Source: Planctomycetota bacterium (GTDB lineage Bacteria; Planctomycetota; UBA8108; SXIK01). Taken from it: DNA of 64,000 nucleotides. The notes below the pieces were generated by a model. That model was not told where the DNA came from and did no database searches. It saw only the letters and a program-made list of their open reading frames with translations. The position numbers and the translations under genes were made by a program. Shown piece after piece: positions 30,356 to 41,181 of the stretch (position 1 is its first letter; each line of letters begins with the position of its first letter). The DNA is taken from assembly GCA_965223265.1 (NCBI GenBank), contig OZ244999.1, positions 5,728,001-5,792,000 of the forward strand, written 5' to 3'.

Positions 30356-31119
30356 AATCGATCGGCAAACCACGGGCAGTCGAGGAAGGCGCCCGGAAGC
30401 GAAACCTCCTTGAACTCGTTTCGCGCGTGTGGCAGACGAAGCTAGCCCTCACCCTCGTTTTGCCGATTGCATTCTGCGTCTTCTACTTTCTGCTTCAGCA
30501 CCTCACCGAGATGCGAGTCACGACGTTCAAACTCACCAGCGTGGATCGCTGGATTCAGTTTCAACCGGAATGGATCTGGGTCTACCAGTCCGTCTATCTC
30601 GCGATGCCAATCGCACCGTGGCTTGCGGCCTCTAAGAGGGAGCTGAGGCGCTACGGAGAGGGTTTCGTGCTCCTGTCGCTGATCGGCTTCGGCATCTTCT
30701 CTCTCTATCCAGTCGCGGCCCCACGTCCCACGGACGTCCCGGCGCATGAAATGTACGCGCTATTGATCACTTACGACGGAATCGGCAACGCGTTTCCCTC
30801 TCTGCACTGTGCGTTGACATTTTACCATCTGCTGTTTGCGGAGCACACGACGACCACTCTGCTGTCACGGCGCGGACGACTGCTCTGGCGCGTCATAGGA
30901 GGCTTCTGGACCGCTGCGATCTGCTACTCGACGCTAGCAACGAAGCAGCACTATTTTGTCGACGTCGTAGCTGGTCTCGTGCTCGCTACGGCGGTGCACG
31001 CTGTTGTGTGGACGGAACGCACTAGGGCGACAAGCTTTCTCGCACTGCGGCGGCCAGCCGCTGTGCTGCACCCTACGGCGAGATCATGCACTCCAGCAAA
31101 CTCGCGAACCGACAACTGA
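30352..31119 (+). CDS. PAP2-superfamily phosphatase/phosphotransferase (AUR1/IPC-synthase-like)
   Basis: YPVAAPRP, NAFPSLH and TKQHYFVDVVAG motifs; about six TM segments. Confidence 0.85.
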   Translation: MKSIGKPRAVEEGARKRNLLELVSRVWQTKLALTLVLPIAFCVFYFLLQHLTEMRVTTFKLTSVDRWIQFQPEWIWVYQSVYLAMPIAPWLAASKRELRRYGEGFVLLSLIGFGIFSLYPVAAPRPTDVPAHEMYALLITYDGIGNAFPSLHCALTFYHLLFAEHTTTTLLSRRGRLLWRVIGGFWTAAICYSTLATKQHYFVDVVAGLVLATAVHAVVWTERTRATSFLALRRPAAVLHPTARSCTPANSRTDN

Positions 31120-31131
31120 AAGGAAGGTAAG

Positions 31132-31734
31132 ATGGATCGGATCAAATCAGGAAGTACTCTTCTCATCGGCGGCGCTCTATGCGCGACCTTCGCGTTCGCG
31201 ACCACTGTGAACGGTCAAGGCGACGAAGCCGAACACACAGCTCTTCGAGAACTCAAATCGATCTACGAAAAAGCTGTCAATGAAACACAGCTCGACTTAC
31301 TTGCCCCGCACTTGCACGCTAATTTCAGTGGGGTCATGGTCACAAACGACCCCGTAGCGAGCCAGAAAGACATCGAGGAGTACTGGCAATGGGTGTCGGG
31401 ACTCCTAGGCGACGGCGGCACGTATCGCGTCACACTCAATCCAGAGCGTAGCACTCTTCTCGGCAACTTTGCTCTGGCGAGAGGAACCGCAGACGAAGTC
31501 GCATCGATTCGCGGGAAGGAACTCAAGTTCCAGTCCAATTGGACCGCGCTTCTCGAGAAAGTCGATGGCGCCTGGAAGATCCTACGCGTTCACGGCTCCA
31601 TGAACCCAGTCGCGAATCCGTTTGCGAAAGCGAGCGCCAAGGCTGCGTCGTACACCAGCGGCGCTATCGGCGGTGGCATAGGGTTCGTTGTCGGGCTTTT
31701 GGTCATGTTGGTCACGCGCCGCAAGAAATCTTGA
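31132..31734 (+). CDS. SnoaL/NTF2-like (DUF4440-type) exported protein with C-terminal membrane anchor
   Basis: Signal peptide; WTALLEKVDGAWKILRVHGS; C-terminal TM followed by RRKK; GGAAGG RBS. Confidence 0.8.
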   Translation: MDRIKSGSTLLIGGALCATFAFATTVNGQGDEAEHTALRELKSIYEKAVNETQLDLLAPHLHANFSGVMVTNDPVASQKDIEEYWQWVSGLLGDGGTYRVTLNPERSTLLGNFALARGTADEVASIRGKELKFQSNWTALLEKVDGAWKILRVHGSMNPVANPFAKASAKAASYTSGAIGGGIGFVVGLLVMLVTRRKKS

Positions 31735-31738
31735 CGCC

Positions 31739-33022
31739 TCAGCGCCTTATTTCCTCCTCGACGGGTATGGACGCTGAGCCATAGATTCGGCCAGCCTTCA
31801 CCGTCGCCACCGGCAGCAGCCGGCGGTGCCCAACGCGCTCCTGCTTCAGAGCATCGATGAACTTAAAGTCGCCCTCCTCGAGCGAGAACACGGCGACGTC
31901 TGCTTCAGCGCCCTCGCGCAGAGAACCGAGACCACCGGCAAAACCAAACACACTGGCAGGATTCTTCGTCGCGCGTTCGATCACGTCCTCGAGGGAAAGC
32001 CCCATGTGGAGAAACTTGGAGAGCGTCGTCGCCAAGTCGAACACCGGACCATGGACGTTATATTGATGGACATCGCTTGAGATCGTCCCCGGTGGGGTGC
32101 CATCGCGCAGCGCCTTCTCGGCCACGTCGAACGAAAAACTACCCGCTCCGTGGCCGACGTCGAGGTGCACGCCGCGTTCGACACTCTGTCGCACCTCGCT
32201 CAGCACCCGCCCGCGTGCATCAAGAATTCCCCCCTCACGTCCGTGGTAGCAATGCGTGACGATGTCGCCTTTGCGTAGCGGCGCGAGGATCTTTGCGAGC
32301 GGAGAGTGGGTGTCGCCGATGTGGACCATGAGCGGCAGCTTCACGGCATCGGCAGCTTCCTTGGCGAGTCTCAGCGCCTCAAGATCGTGATTGGCAGCAA
32401 TGTTCTTGGAGAGGCGAACCTTGATGCCGACGATAACGTCTCGATGCGCTTCGATCGTCCGCACTGCCAAACGCGGGTTAGCGAATCCGAGGTGTAGCAG
32501 CTCCCCGAATGGGTTGTCACCAGAGAGTGTCGATTGGCCGACGACCGAGATATTGAGCAGTGCACGGACGCGCGTTTGCACGACGTCGATGACGTACTTT
32601 CGAAACCCCGGAAACGTGTGAGCTCCAGAGGATCCGGCGTCAATGGCAGTCGTCACTCCTTTGGCGACGCAGTTTGGGTCGGCGGGAATCCCCAGCGGCG
32701 CGACGCCGTCGTAGACGTGCGTGTGTGAATCGATCAGCCCGGGCGTCACGATTCTCCCTACCGCGTCGAGAACCCGGCGCGCGTCGGTAAGGGGAATCTC
32801 TGCAGCGACGCGGACGATCTTGTGACCCGAGATGGCGATGTCGCGCTTGGCGGAGAGTTTCTGCACTGGATCGACAACATGGCCGCCTTTGACGACGAGG
32901 TCATAGGTGGCGTCTGCGCGTCGCGGTGCGCCCAGGAGACTTTGCCATGGAGCCGATAGAGTGCAGGCAAGAGATCCGAGCACAGAGCGTACGACAAACT
33001 CGCGACGTGTAGAGCGGTGCAT
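31739..33022 (-). CDS. Tat-exported amidohydrolase/deacetylase (dihydroorotase-like metallohydrolase)
   Basis: TRREFV signal; PGLIDSHTH, GIKVR, MVHIG, THCYH, GHGAGSF and SSDVH motifs. Confidence 0.9.
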   Translation of the reverse strand: MHRSTRREFVVRSVLGSLACTLSAPWQSLLGAPRRADATYDLVVKGGHVVDPVQKLSAKRDIAISGHKIVRVAAEIPLTDARRVLDAVGRIVTPGLIDSHTHVYDGVAPLGIPADPNCVAKGVTTAIDAGSSGAHTFPGFRKYVIDVVQTRVRALLNISVVGQSTLSGDNPFGELLHLGFANPRLAVRTIEAHRDVIVGIKVRLSKNIAANHDLEALRLAKEAADAVKLPLMVHIGDTHSPLAKILAPLRKGDIVTHCYHGREGGILDARGRVLSEVRQSVERGVHLDVGHGAGSFSFDVAEKALRDGTPPGTISSDVHQYNVHGPVFDLATTLSKFLHMGLSLEDVIERATKNPASVFGFAGGLGSLREGAEADVAVFSLEEGDFKFIDALKQERVGHRRLLPVATVKAGRIYGSASIPVEEEIRR

Positions 33023-33188
33023 CCATCCTCCTCGACGAGAGCTACTCCCGTCAGTTGTTCTGATTGTCCTGCGCGTGCGTGCAGCGTATCATCGTCGCGC
33101 TGCACGGCTTGCCAGCAGCTGGCACCCAACGCTAACCAATGTCGCGGTACGTTTCCACTGACTCAAACGCGTCACACGACGAGCGTCT

Positions 33189-34610
33189 ATGTCCTGGCCT
33201 GAGTGCGCAATCCCCATCGGTATCTCCTTCGCGCTGTTCTCCTCGCCTGACGTTGCCGCGAGTGACCGCGCTCATACCCGCACGTCAAGCACAACCGCCG
33301 TGGCGCCGGGCAATTGGCCTCAATGGCGCGGCGCCAGCGGCACGGGCGTAGCTGGAGACCACGCCGACCCACCCATCCATTGGAGCGAAGAGAAGAACAT
33401 TCGCTGGCGCGTCGGCCTTCCCGGTAGCGGTCATTCGACGCCGATCGTCTGGGGTGACCGCGTCTTTGTGACGACTGCGATGCCAACGGAGAAGCTCCCT
33501 CGGCCGATTCCGGACACGGCTCCAGGCGGACACGACAACCGCGCGATCACCCACAAGGAACGCTTCTCGGTCCTGGCGCTTGACCGACGCGACGGGACGC
33601 TTTTGTGGCAGAAGGTGGTCCACGAGGAGGTGCCGCACGAAGGTGGACACTACACTGGGACGTTTGCGTCGGCATCTCCGGCAACCGACGGCGAGTTGGT
33701 CTTCGCGTTCTTCGGGTCACGCGGACTCTACGCCGTTGACAAGCGCGGCGAGCTTGAGTGGCAAGTGGACCTCGGCGACATGGTGACGCTCCACGGCCAT
33801 GGCGAAGGTAGTTCCCCCGTGCTGCACGCAGACACTCTCGTCGTCAATTGGGATCACGAAGAGGAGTCGTTCGTGGTCGCCTTCGACAAACGCACGGGGG
33901 AGGAGCGTTGGAAAGTCCAGCGTGACGAAGTCACGTCGTGGGCAAGCCCCATCGTCGTCGAGCACGACGGCAAACCTCAGGTCATCATCAGCGGCACCCA
34001 GCGCGTGCGCGGATACGACCTGGGCAGCGGCGCAATCCTTTGGGAGTGCGGCGGCCTGTCGCACAACGTCGTCGCCTCGCCAGTTGCCGCCGACGGCATG
34101 GTGTTCGTCGGTAGCAGCTACGAAAAGCGCGCGCTCTTCGCCATCCGTCTCGACGGCTCACGAGGAGACATCACCGGAACGGATCGGATCGCCTGGAGTC
34201 GGACGCATCGAACTCCGTATGTTCCGTCTCCTCTCCTCTACCGCGGCTCTCTCTACTTTTTGCGCCACTACCAAGGAATCCTCTCTCGCGTCGAAGCCGC
34301 CACTGGCAAGGAGACCCAAGGCCCGTACCGCCTCTTCGGCATGCGCGACATCTATGCATCGCCCGTTGCCGCGGCGGGCCGCATCTACGTGACAGATCGC
34401 AACGGCACGACGGTTGTCCTGCGCCATGAGGACCCAAGCGAGACGCTGGCGATCAACCGACTCGACGACAGCTTCAGCGCCTCAGCAGCCATCGCCGACC
34501 AAGAGATCTTTCTGCGCGGCGAGAGGAGCCTCTACTGCATCGCACGCGATCGAGATGGCACTGACATCAAGAGCGATGAAACGCGTGTGAAGCCTCCGCA
34601 GAAAAGGTGA
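33189..34610 (+). CDS. PQQ-like beta-propeller repeat protein
   Basis: NWPQWRG, GHSTPIVWG, ASASPATDG, SSPVL, WASP and YVPSP repeats. Confidence 0.9.
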   Translation: MSWPECAIPIGISFALFSSPDVAASDRAHTRTSSTTAVAPGNWPQWRGASGTGVAGDHADPPIHWSEEKNIRWRVGLPGSGHSTPIVWGDRVFVTTAMPTEKLPRPIPDTAPGGHDNRAITHKERFSVLALDRRDGTLLWQKVVHEEVPHEGGHYTGTFASASPATDGELVFAFFGSRGLYAVDKRGELEWQVDLGDMVTLHGHGEGSSPVLHADTLVVNWDHEEESFVVAFDKRTGEERWKVQRDEVTSWASPIVVEHDGKPQVIISGTQRVRGYDLGSGAILWECGGLSHNVVASPVAADGMVFVGSSYEKRALFAIRLDGSRGDITGTDRIAWSRTHRTPYVPSPLLYRGSLYFLRHYQGILSRVEAATGKETQGPYRLFGMRDIYASPVAAAGRIYVTDRNGTTVVLRHEDPSETLAINRLDDSFSASAAIADQEIFLRGERSLYCIARDRDGTDIKSDETRVKPPQKR

Positions 34611-34724
34611 ATCAAAAGCCCGCCGCATCCGGACGGCGGTACGTCACCACGAACGCCGACGGACGGTGATCCGTGCCGCAGATTCAGAGGTAGAGGCAGA
34701 GGCGGACACAGAGGCAGAGACAGA

Positions 34725-34930
34725 CCCTACAACTGCATAAATCTCTCTCCGGAAGGGCTCAGAAGCCCTTGTTCTACGGCTCGATCGGCGGCCCTGGGGC
34801 GTCGCGGCAGACTTCACGTTTGGTGAGGTTTCCCGGAGTGCCTGCTCTACCGCGCACCCACACACCCACACTCTCTCACGCCTCCCACTCGCTCACGGTC
34901 TTGAAGTGTTTCTCTTTTGCAACGTTGGGG
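34725..34930. mobile_element. 206-bp MITE-like element (family B, copy 1) with ACAGA duplication, inside hexamer repeats
   Basis: ACAGA|CCCTACAACTGCATAA...TTTTGCAACGTTGGGG|ACAGA; inverted homolog at 51849-52080. Confidence 0.8.
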
Positions 34931-35307
34931 ACAGAGACAGCATCAGAAGCAGATACGGATCCAGAGACCGAGACGAGCCGCCCACGCCCACGCACACGCC
35001 CACGCACACGCCCACGCACACCCACGCACGAACCCAGACGCCCCCCACCGATTCGAACACTGCAGCCGACACCACCATAGACGCGTCTGGAGATCGTGAG
35101 CCCACCCCGGCCCATTCGTCGCCAGATGTCCGCGCCGGTCAACGCTTGTTTTTGGGAACCGCTCGCCCTCCGGCGACCCGAAAACTTCAGGAGTGAACCG
35201 CCGCGCCCGAAACACCCGGATGTGGTGTTCTAGGATTCGCTTCGTTATCGACGCATTCGTGACCACAGCGTCTGAAGACGAAGCCCCAGGAAAAAACCGA
35301 GCGTACC

Positions 35308-38300
35308 ATGTCCGTCGAGAAGTTGATCCGCGCGATTGAAAGTCGAAACACCGTCTCAGCTCTTGAACTCGTCCGCAGCGGAGTCGATGTCAATACTCGC
35401 TACGGGTTCATGGAGACGCCACCGATCGTGCTCGCTGCGCAGTTTGGCATCGCGCCTCTCGTCGACGCGCTGATTCAAGCTGGGGCCGATCCAAACCTCG
35501 CAGACTGTGGACGCAACACCGCACTGATGGAAGCCGTTCGCAGTGGCAGCGAGAGTATCGTTGACCTCTTGTTGAAGGCCGGCGTCAAGATCGACCGTGC
35601 GGACGACCTACGGATGACGGCGCTCCACTGGGCCGTTCACGGCCGCAGTGACGAGAAGGCAGGCAAAGATGGCGAAGCTGAGGTCGTCGTCGCGGAACGA
35701 CTCCTCTCGGCGGGCGCCAACGCCAACGCGCGAGACAGCGACGGCTACACACCTCTGATGACGGCAGCGCGCTGCGGCGCCGCACGCTTCCTGACGCCTT
35801 TGCTGCGCAACGGCGCGGATCCGAAGATCCGCAACCGAGACGGAGAAGACGCCGAGTCCATCGCAGCGCTGCGCGGCGCTCTTCACATCGTGGAGCGTCT
35901 CGCTGCCGAGTCGAGTGGAGATGACGACGCCCCAGATGCGGCGCTGATCCACGCCCTGAAGTCTGGTGACGAGGAGCGTGCGGCAGAATTGCTCGAGTCC
36001 GGTGTCGATGCCAACTCACGCGATCCGCAGACAGACTGGCCGGCGATCTACTGGGCCGCGCTACTCGGCCGCAGTGAGGTCGCCAAGAAGCTGCTCGCAA
36101 GCGGCGCGAATCCTGACAGCGGCGTGGAATCCGACACGCCGCTGTGCGCAGCTACACGACAAGGGCACGTCGAAACAGCTCGATCACTGATCGACTCCGG
36201 TGCTCGTGTCGAACCAGAGAAAGCAGCCGCGACCAGCGCGCTTTTTCTCGCAGCTTCGCGCGGTGAGACGCGCTTGATCTCGGCGCTGCTCGATGCTGGT
36301 GCAGCCGTCGATCGCGTCGACAAGGACGCTGAGCGAACGCCGCTCCTAGAGGCTGCCGGCGAAGGGCATGAGGAAGCAGTGCGCGTACTGCTAGCGGCCG
36401 GCGCTGATCCGAATGTGCGCCGCGGAGCCGTCGTTGAGCTTGTCGCTGCTGCCAACCACACGGCGCCGATGCGACTCTGTTTGAGTGCTGGCATCGACCT
36501 CGAGCGGGCGTCACGCACGCACGTCAAGGCGGCCGTCTTTCACGCCGCGTATCACGGCAACGGTGAAATCCTTCGCCTCCTGCTGGGCGCCGGCGCTGAT
36601 CCGGACGTGCGCAACGAGTACAAGGAGACGCCGCTGATCGTCGCTGCCGAGAAGGGACACCTGGATGCGGTCTCCGCTTTGATTTCTGGCGAAGCCAACG
36701 TCGAGAGAAAATGTGACGGCTACACGGCGCTCCACTGCGCCGTTCGCGGCGGCCATGTGGACGTTGTCGACGCTCTCCTCAGCGCGTCGGCAACGCTCTC
36801 GACGCGTGACCCCCTCCTGGCCGCGATCGTCTCCCGGGACGAAGACGCTGCCTGCGCCCGCATCGAAGACGGTGCAAAGCTCGACATCGAAGAGAAAGCG
36901 ACCGGGTGGACTCCCCTTCGACTAGCGATCCTTATGGGCCTCGACTCCGTCGTCGAGGCGCTACTCGGCGCGGGCGTCGAAGTGGCGCCGGGTGGCGAAG
37001 TAAAACACTCTCCGCTGGTGGAAGCCGCGCGGCTTGGTAGAGCGAACGCCGTCCAGCGCCTTCTCGACGGCGGCGCGATCACGGCAGGCGACGCGCCTGC
37101 AGCCTCCGATGCCCTCGTCACCGCCGCTAGAGAGGGGCACGCGGACGTCGTGCGCGCCTTACTCGCAACCGGCATCGACGTCGCAGGACGCGACTCAAAC
37201 GACAAGACGGCACTTGTCGCGGCATCGTCTCAAGGTCACCTCGAAGTCGTCAAATGCCTTGTCGACGCCGGCGCGGACATTTTGGAAACCGATCGCTTCG
37301 GCCCAGCAGTGCTCCTCGCCGCCGCACGCCACGACGACGTATCGCAGTACCTCTCGGAGCTCCTACGCGAGCACGACGCTCGTGCCGCCGACGCGGCGAC
37401 GTCGCAGATTCATCTCACCAAGGACACAGACGAGATCAGTACCGCAGGAGACGACGAAGAGGAGGGTGGCGTCGAGTCGTCGGTTCTCTCTGGCCTGGGA
37501 CGAATCGACGAACTCATCGAGGCTATCCTCGACGAAGACAGTGAACGCGTCGCAGCGCTGATCGACGCGGGTGCCGACGTCAACGGTCGCACCGATGAGG
37601 ACCACACACCTCTCCTCGTTGCCACGCTTGCGAATCTCGCGCCGTTCGTCGAACGCCTGCTCGCCGCGGGAGCCGATCCCAATCTCGAGACGCAACATCA
37701 GCCGGTTTTGTACACAGCTGCGTTCGCCGGCCACGAGAACATCGTCAAGCTGCTCATCGAGGCCGGCGCTGACCTCAACGCCGACGGCTACTACGGCACG
37801 GCGATCGCGGCCGCCTGCTACAAACGAGACGTTCCGGTTGCACAGAAACTCATCGACGCCGGCTGCGACGTCAACGTCGCCAATGAGCATCAAATAACGC
37901 CGCTCATGTACGCTGTGCGCGACATTGATCTGACCCAGCGAATGATCGCGGCTGGCGCCGACGTGAACGCGCGCGACGACCGCGGCACCCCCGCCATCGG
38001 CTGGGCGGCGAGTTCGTGCAGCATCGACGCCCAACGTGCCCTCTGGGCAGCCGCGCCTTTAGCGGCTGACGAGCGCTCTCTGGTCGACGCCATCATTGCC
38101 GGCGAAGCGGCGCGCGTCGAAGACTTCCTGCGCGGAGGTGAATCGCCGCGACAGAAGGACCCTCTCCTCGGGTGGCCACTGGTCCTGTGGGCGGCGCTCG
38201 CAGGTCACGGCGAAATGATCGAAGCGTTGGTTGAGGCCGGGGCCAAAGTGGACGCACGCGTGAGCACTGCCAACGCCATGGCTCTCGCCATCGCGGCGGG

Positions 38301-40086
38301 TCGCTTCGATCTCGCAGCGCAGCTCGTACGGCTGGGATTCAAGCCCGACTGCCGCATCCAAGATGTGCCACTGCTGGCACACGCGGCCCGGGCCGGCTCG
38401 GAAGAGCTCGTCGCCGCACTGCTCGAGCGCGGTGCGAAAGTCACCGGCGAAACCGTCATCGCGGCTGTGCGACAGGGCCATCAGAACATCGTCCGCCTTC
38501 TCTCACAACACGGAGCATCGCTCGACCTCAAAGGCGCTCTCGGCGAGGCCCCCCTCGCAGCTGCGATTCTCGCCAACCAAGGAGAGACATTCGACGCTCT
38601 CCTGAAACTCGGTGCCGATCCGAACAAGAAGTGTGACCGCGAAACACCACTCCACGTCAGCGTCAACGCTGGTCGCATCGGTTTCGTTCGCTCGCTCATC
38701 GAAGCGGGAGCGGACGTCTCGGTCAAAAACGGCGACGGTGACACGCCTCTTCATTTGGCGATCCGTGGTGGCGACGCCGCTTTGATCGGCGCTCTCACCG
38801 AGGTCGACTCGAACGTCGCGATCAAGAACTCACGCGGCCAAACGCCGCTTCACGAGGCCGCGCGTAGTGCCGACCGCGAGACGTTCTCGCTCCTGCTGCA
38901 GAGGGGCGCCGATCTTAAGGCCAAGGACAAGGAGAAACTAGGTGCACTGCGACTCGCAGCCGAAGAGCGTGAACCCGAGCTCGTCCGAGTTGCGGGCGAA
39001 TTCATCTGCACGCACGCTGAACGCTCTCCCGCGTGGCTGCGGGCAATCCTGGCCGACGACAAGGAGGCGCTCGCCGCTGAGCTTGAGCGCGGCGAGATCC
39101 GTACCCGACGCGACCCGGGGTCAAGTTGGACGCCGTTCGAGTGGGTAGCCGCCCTGGGCTCAGAGGAGCTCTTGGACCTCCTTCTTAGGCGATCCGCTCC
39201 CACGGCTCTGGCTCAGGCGAAAGCGCTACGGACGAGCTCGAGCAACGCACTCGTTCTCGCAGTCCACGGTGGACACTTGGGCTGCGCGCAGCGCCTTCTC
39301 AGTCTCACTTCGGACAGCGACGACGATGCCCCGTTCGCCGTGGCGCGCGAGGCAGCAGAAACGAACGGCTTCTTAACGCTCCGCCGCCTGATCGACGAAG
39401 CGACCGGCCACACTGCAGCAGAGGAGGGCGGCGCCGAGTCGAGAAAGGAGGAATCCGAAGAAGACGCCATGGTCGAACAGTGGATGCTCGACTTCGGCGC
39501 TTCGATCGATGTCGGCATCCAGATGCGGATCGAGCGCGTCAGACAGCTGCGACGACTCGGCACGCCACGCACACTCGTGCTCGATGGTCGATTCTCCCGC
39601 TTTTGGAAGGTGCCAAGCAAGCACCTCGACACCGACACAAAAAGGGCGCGACACCTTCAACCTTTCTTGTGGCGTCTCGACGTCGTTACGACGGCCCTGA
39701 CCGACCTCGGGTACTCTTCCATCGGCGACATTGTGAGCGAGCGCACGCTCGACGTCGTCACACGACTCTACGCCCACCCCAGCGCCACGGCGTACGCAGC
39801 GTTCAACGTTGGGGCTGTGGGACGCACAGTCGATTTCGTGACGCGATTCGAAGACGGGGCATTCTACACGACGACCTCACTAGACCAGTTCAACGCCGAT
39901 CCAGTGCAGCACCTCTACGGCAAGCCCTACCCTGGCGTTTCGATCGGGACGCTGCATGGCAAGCACGCGGCATGGGTGGGCGCCCGAGTTCGCCAGGGGT
40001 CGACCCCAATCCCAGCTCTCGGGGAGCTCGGCGCCGCCGCTGGCTGGATTGACGAGTTCCTGGCGCGGCAGCACGGAACGTTCTAA
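35308..40086 (+). CDS. Giant ankyrin-repeat protein (1592 aa) with an unrelated C-terminal domain
   Basis: Dozens of TPLxxAAxxGHxxxVxxLLxxGADxN repeats; final ~200 aa non-repetitive. Confidence 0.93.
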   Translation: MSVEKLIRAIESRNTVSALELVRSGVDVNTRYGFMETPPIVLAAQFGIAPLVDALIQAGADPNLADCGRNTALMEAVRSGSESIVDLLLKAGVKIDRADDLRMTALHWAVHGRSDEKAGKDGEAEVVVAERLLSAGANANARDSDGYTPLMTAARCGAARFLTPLLRNGADPKIRNRDGEDAESIAALRGALHIVERLAAESSGDDDAPDAALIHALKSGDEERAAELLESGVDANSRDPQTDWPAIYWAALLGRSEVAKKLLASGANPDSGVESDTPLCAATRQGHVETARSLIDSGARVEPEKAAATSALFLAASRGETRLISALLDAGAAVDRVDKDAERTPLLEAAGEGHEEAVRVLLAAGADPNVRRGAVVELVAAANHTAPMRLCLSAGIDLERASRTHVKAAVFHAAYHGNGEILRLLLGAGADPDVRNEYKETPLIVAAEKGHLDAVSALISGEANVERKCDGYTALHCAVRGGHVDVVDALLSASATLSTRDPLLAAIVSRDEDAACARIEDGAKLDIEEKATGWTPLRLAILMGLDSVVEALLGAGVEVAPGGEVKHSPLVEAARLGRANAVQRLLDGGAITAGDAPAASDALVTAAREGHADVVRALLATGIDVAGRDSNDKTALVAASSQGHLEVVKCLVDAGADILETDRFGPAVLLAAARHDDVSQYLSELLREHDARAADAATSQIHLTKDTDEISTAGDDEEEGGVESSVLSGLGRIDELIEAILDEDSERVAALIDAGADVNGRTDEDHTPLLVATLANLAPFVERLLAAGADPNLETQHQPVLYTAAFAGHENIVKLLIEAGADLNADGYYGTAIAAACYKRDVPVAQKLIDAGCDVNVANEHQITPLMYAVRDIDLTQRMIAAGADVNARDDRGTPAIGWAASSCSIDAQRALWAAAPLAADERSLVDAIIAGEAARVEDFLRGGESPRQKDPLLGWPLVLWAALAGHGEMIEALVEAGAKVDARVSTANAMALAIAAGRFDLAAQLVRLGFKPDCRIQDVPLLAHAARAGSEELVAALLERGAKVTGETVIAAVRQGHQNIVRLLSQHGASLDLKGALGEAPLAAAILANQGETFDALLKLGADPNKKCDRETPLHVSVNAGRIGFVRSLIEAGADVSVKNGDGDTPLHLAIRGGDAALIGALTEVDSNVAIKNSRGQTPLHEAARSADRETFSLLLQRGADLKAKDKEKLGALRLAAEEREPELVRVAGEFICTHAERSPAWLRAILADDKEALAAELERGEIRTRRDPGSSWTPFEWVAALGSEELLDLLLRRSAPTALAQAKALRTSSSNALVLAVHGGHLGCAQRLLSLTSDSDDDAPFAVAREAAETNGFLTLRRLIDEATGHTAAEEGGAESRKEESEEDAMVEQWMLDFGASIDVGIQMRIERVRQLRRLGTPRTLVLDGRFSRFWKVPSKHLDTDTKRARHLQPFLWRLDVVTTALTDLGYSSIGDIVSERTLDVVTRLYAHPSATAYAAFNVGAVGRTVDFVTRFEDGAFYTTTSLDQFNADPVQHLYGKPYPGVSIGTLHGKHAAWVGARVRQGSTPIPALGELGAAAGWIDEFLARQHGTF

Positions 40087-40284
40087 GGCAGCGTCGGCGC
40101 TTCGAACCACCCTTGAGATCACGCTGGGCCACCCACATCGCCGGGCCCGCTGTGAACGTCTCCGCGGCGAACCAGGTGAGATCGGCAGCCGGGCCATCTC
40201 GGAGTATCCTACAACTCGGCCGACCCGATGTAGCGCAACCGGGGTTGCATCGAGCATACTCGCGTCAGTTCTCAACGTGAGGCC

Positions 40285-41079
40285 ATGAGCGTCGCAACCA
40301 AATCCGAGCCCACCGGCATCGAACCGATCATTCGGACTGTCGATCTCCAGAAAGAGTACTTTCTGGAAGCGGGAGCGGTTCCGGCGCTCCGTGGCCTCGA
40401 TCTAGCCATCGAGGCGGGCGAGTTCGTCGCCATCATGGGCCCTTCGGGCTCCGGCAAGTCCACACTGCTGAATATCTTGGGCTGCCTTGATCGGCCCACC
40501 AGCGGCGCCTACTGGCTCGGCGGTGAGGATGTTTCGCGACTCAGCGACGACGCGCTCTCCGAGATCCGAAGCCGCAGACTCGGCTTCGTGTTTCAATCTT
40601 ACAACCTCATCGCGCAGCTTAATGTCCTCGAAAACATCGAGATACCACTCTTCTATCAGGGCTTCCCAGCGCAAGAGAGTCGTGAGCGTGCCTTGGAACT
40701 AGCGGCGCTGGTCGGCCTTGATGATCGATGTCTGCACCGCCCCAGCCAACTTTCCGGTGGACAGCAGCAGCGTGTTGCGATCGCCCGCTCGCTGGCCAAT
40801 GATCCGTTGGTGATTCTTGCGGATGAACCCACCGGCAACCTCGATTCGGCAACGGAAGAAGAGATCTTGGACATCCTCGTTGACCTCCACCGGCAGAACA
40901 AAACCATCGTGATGGTCACACACGAAGACCGGATCGCGTCCATCACACAGCGCGTGATCCGTTTGCGCGACGGTCGAGTCGTCTCCGACCGATCGGAGCG
41001 CCCGGAAACGCCGCTCGATCGTGCGGGCTTCTCGGCTTCCGACACCTCGGACTCTAACCCGAACGTTCGAAGAGAATGA
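40285..41079 (+). CDS. ABC transporter ATP-binding protein (MacB/LolD type)
   Basis: [38 protein letters not shown] and VTH motifs. Confidence 0.95.
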   Translation: MSVATKSEPTGIEPIIRTVDLQKEYFLEAGAVPALRGLDLAIEAGEFVAIMGPSGSGKSTLLNILGCLDRPTSGAYWLGGEDVSRLSDDALSEIRSRRLGFVFQSYNLIAQLNVLENIEIPLFYQGFPAQESRERALELAALVGLDDRCLHRPSQLSGGQQQRVAIARSLANDPLVILADEPTGNLDSATEEEILDILVDLHRQNKTIVMVTHEDRIASITQRVIRLRDGRVVSDRSERPETPLDRAGFSASDTSDSNPNVRRE

Positions 41080-41181
41080 CGGCGAAAACTCAACCGACAC
41101 ACTCTGAGCGGTCGTTCTGGAGATTCCGGCAGCACGCGATGACGTCGTTCGAATGATCTACAACTTCTCGACCGGAGGACC

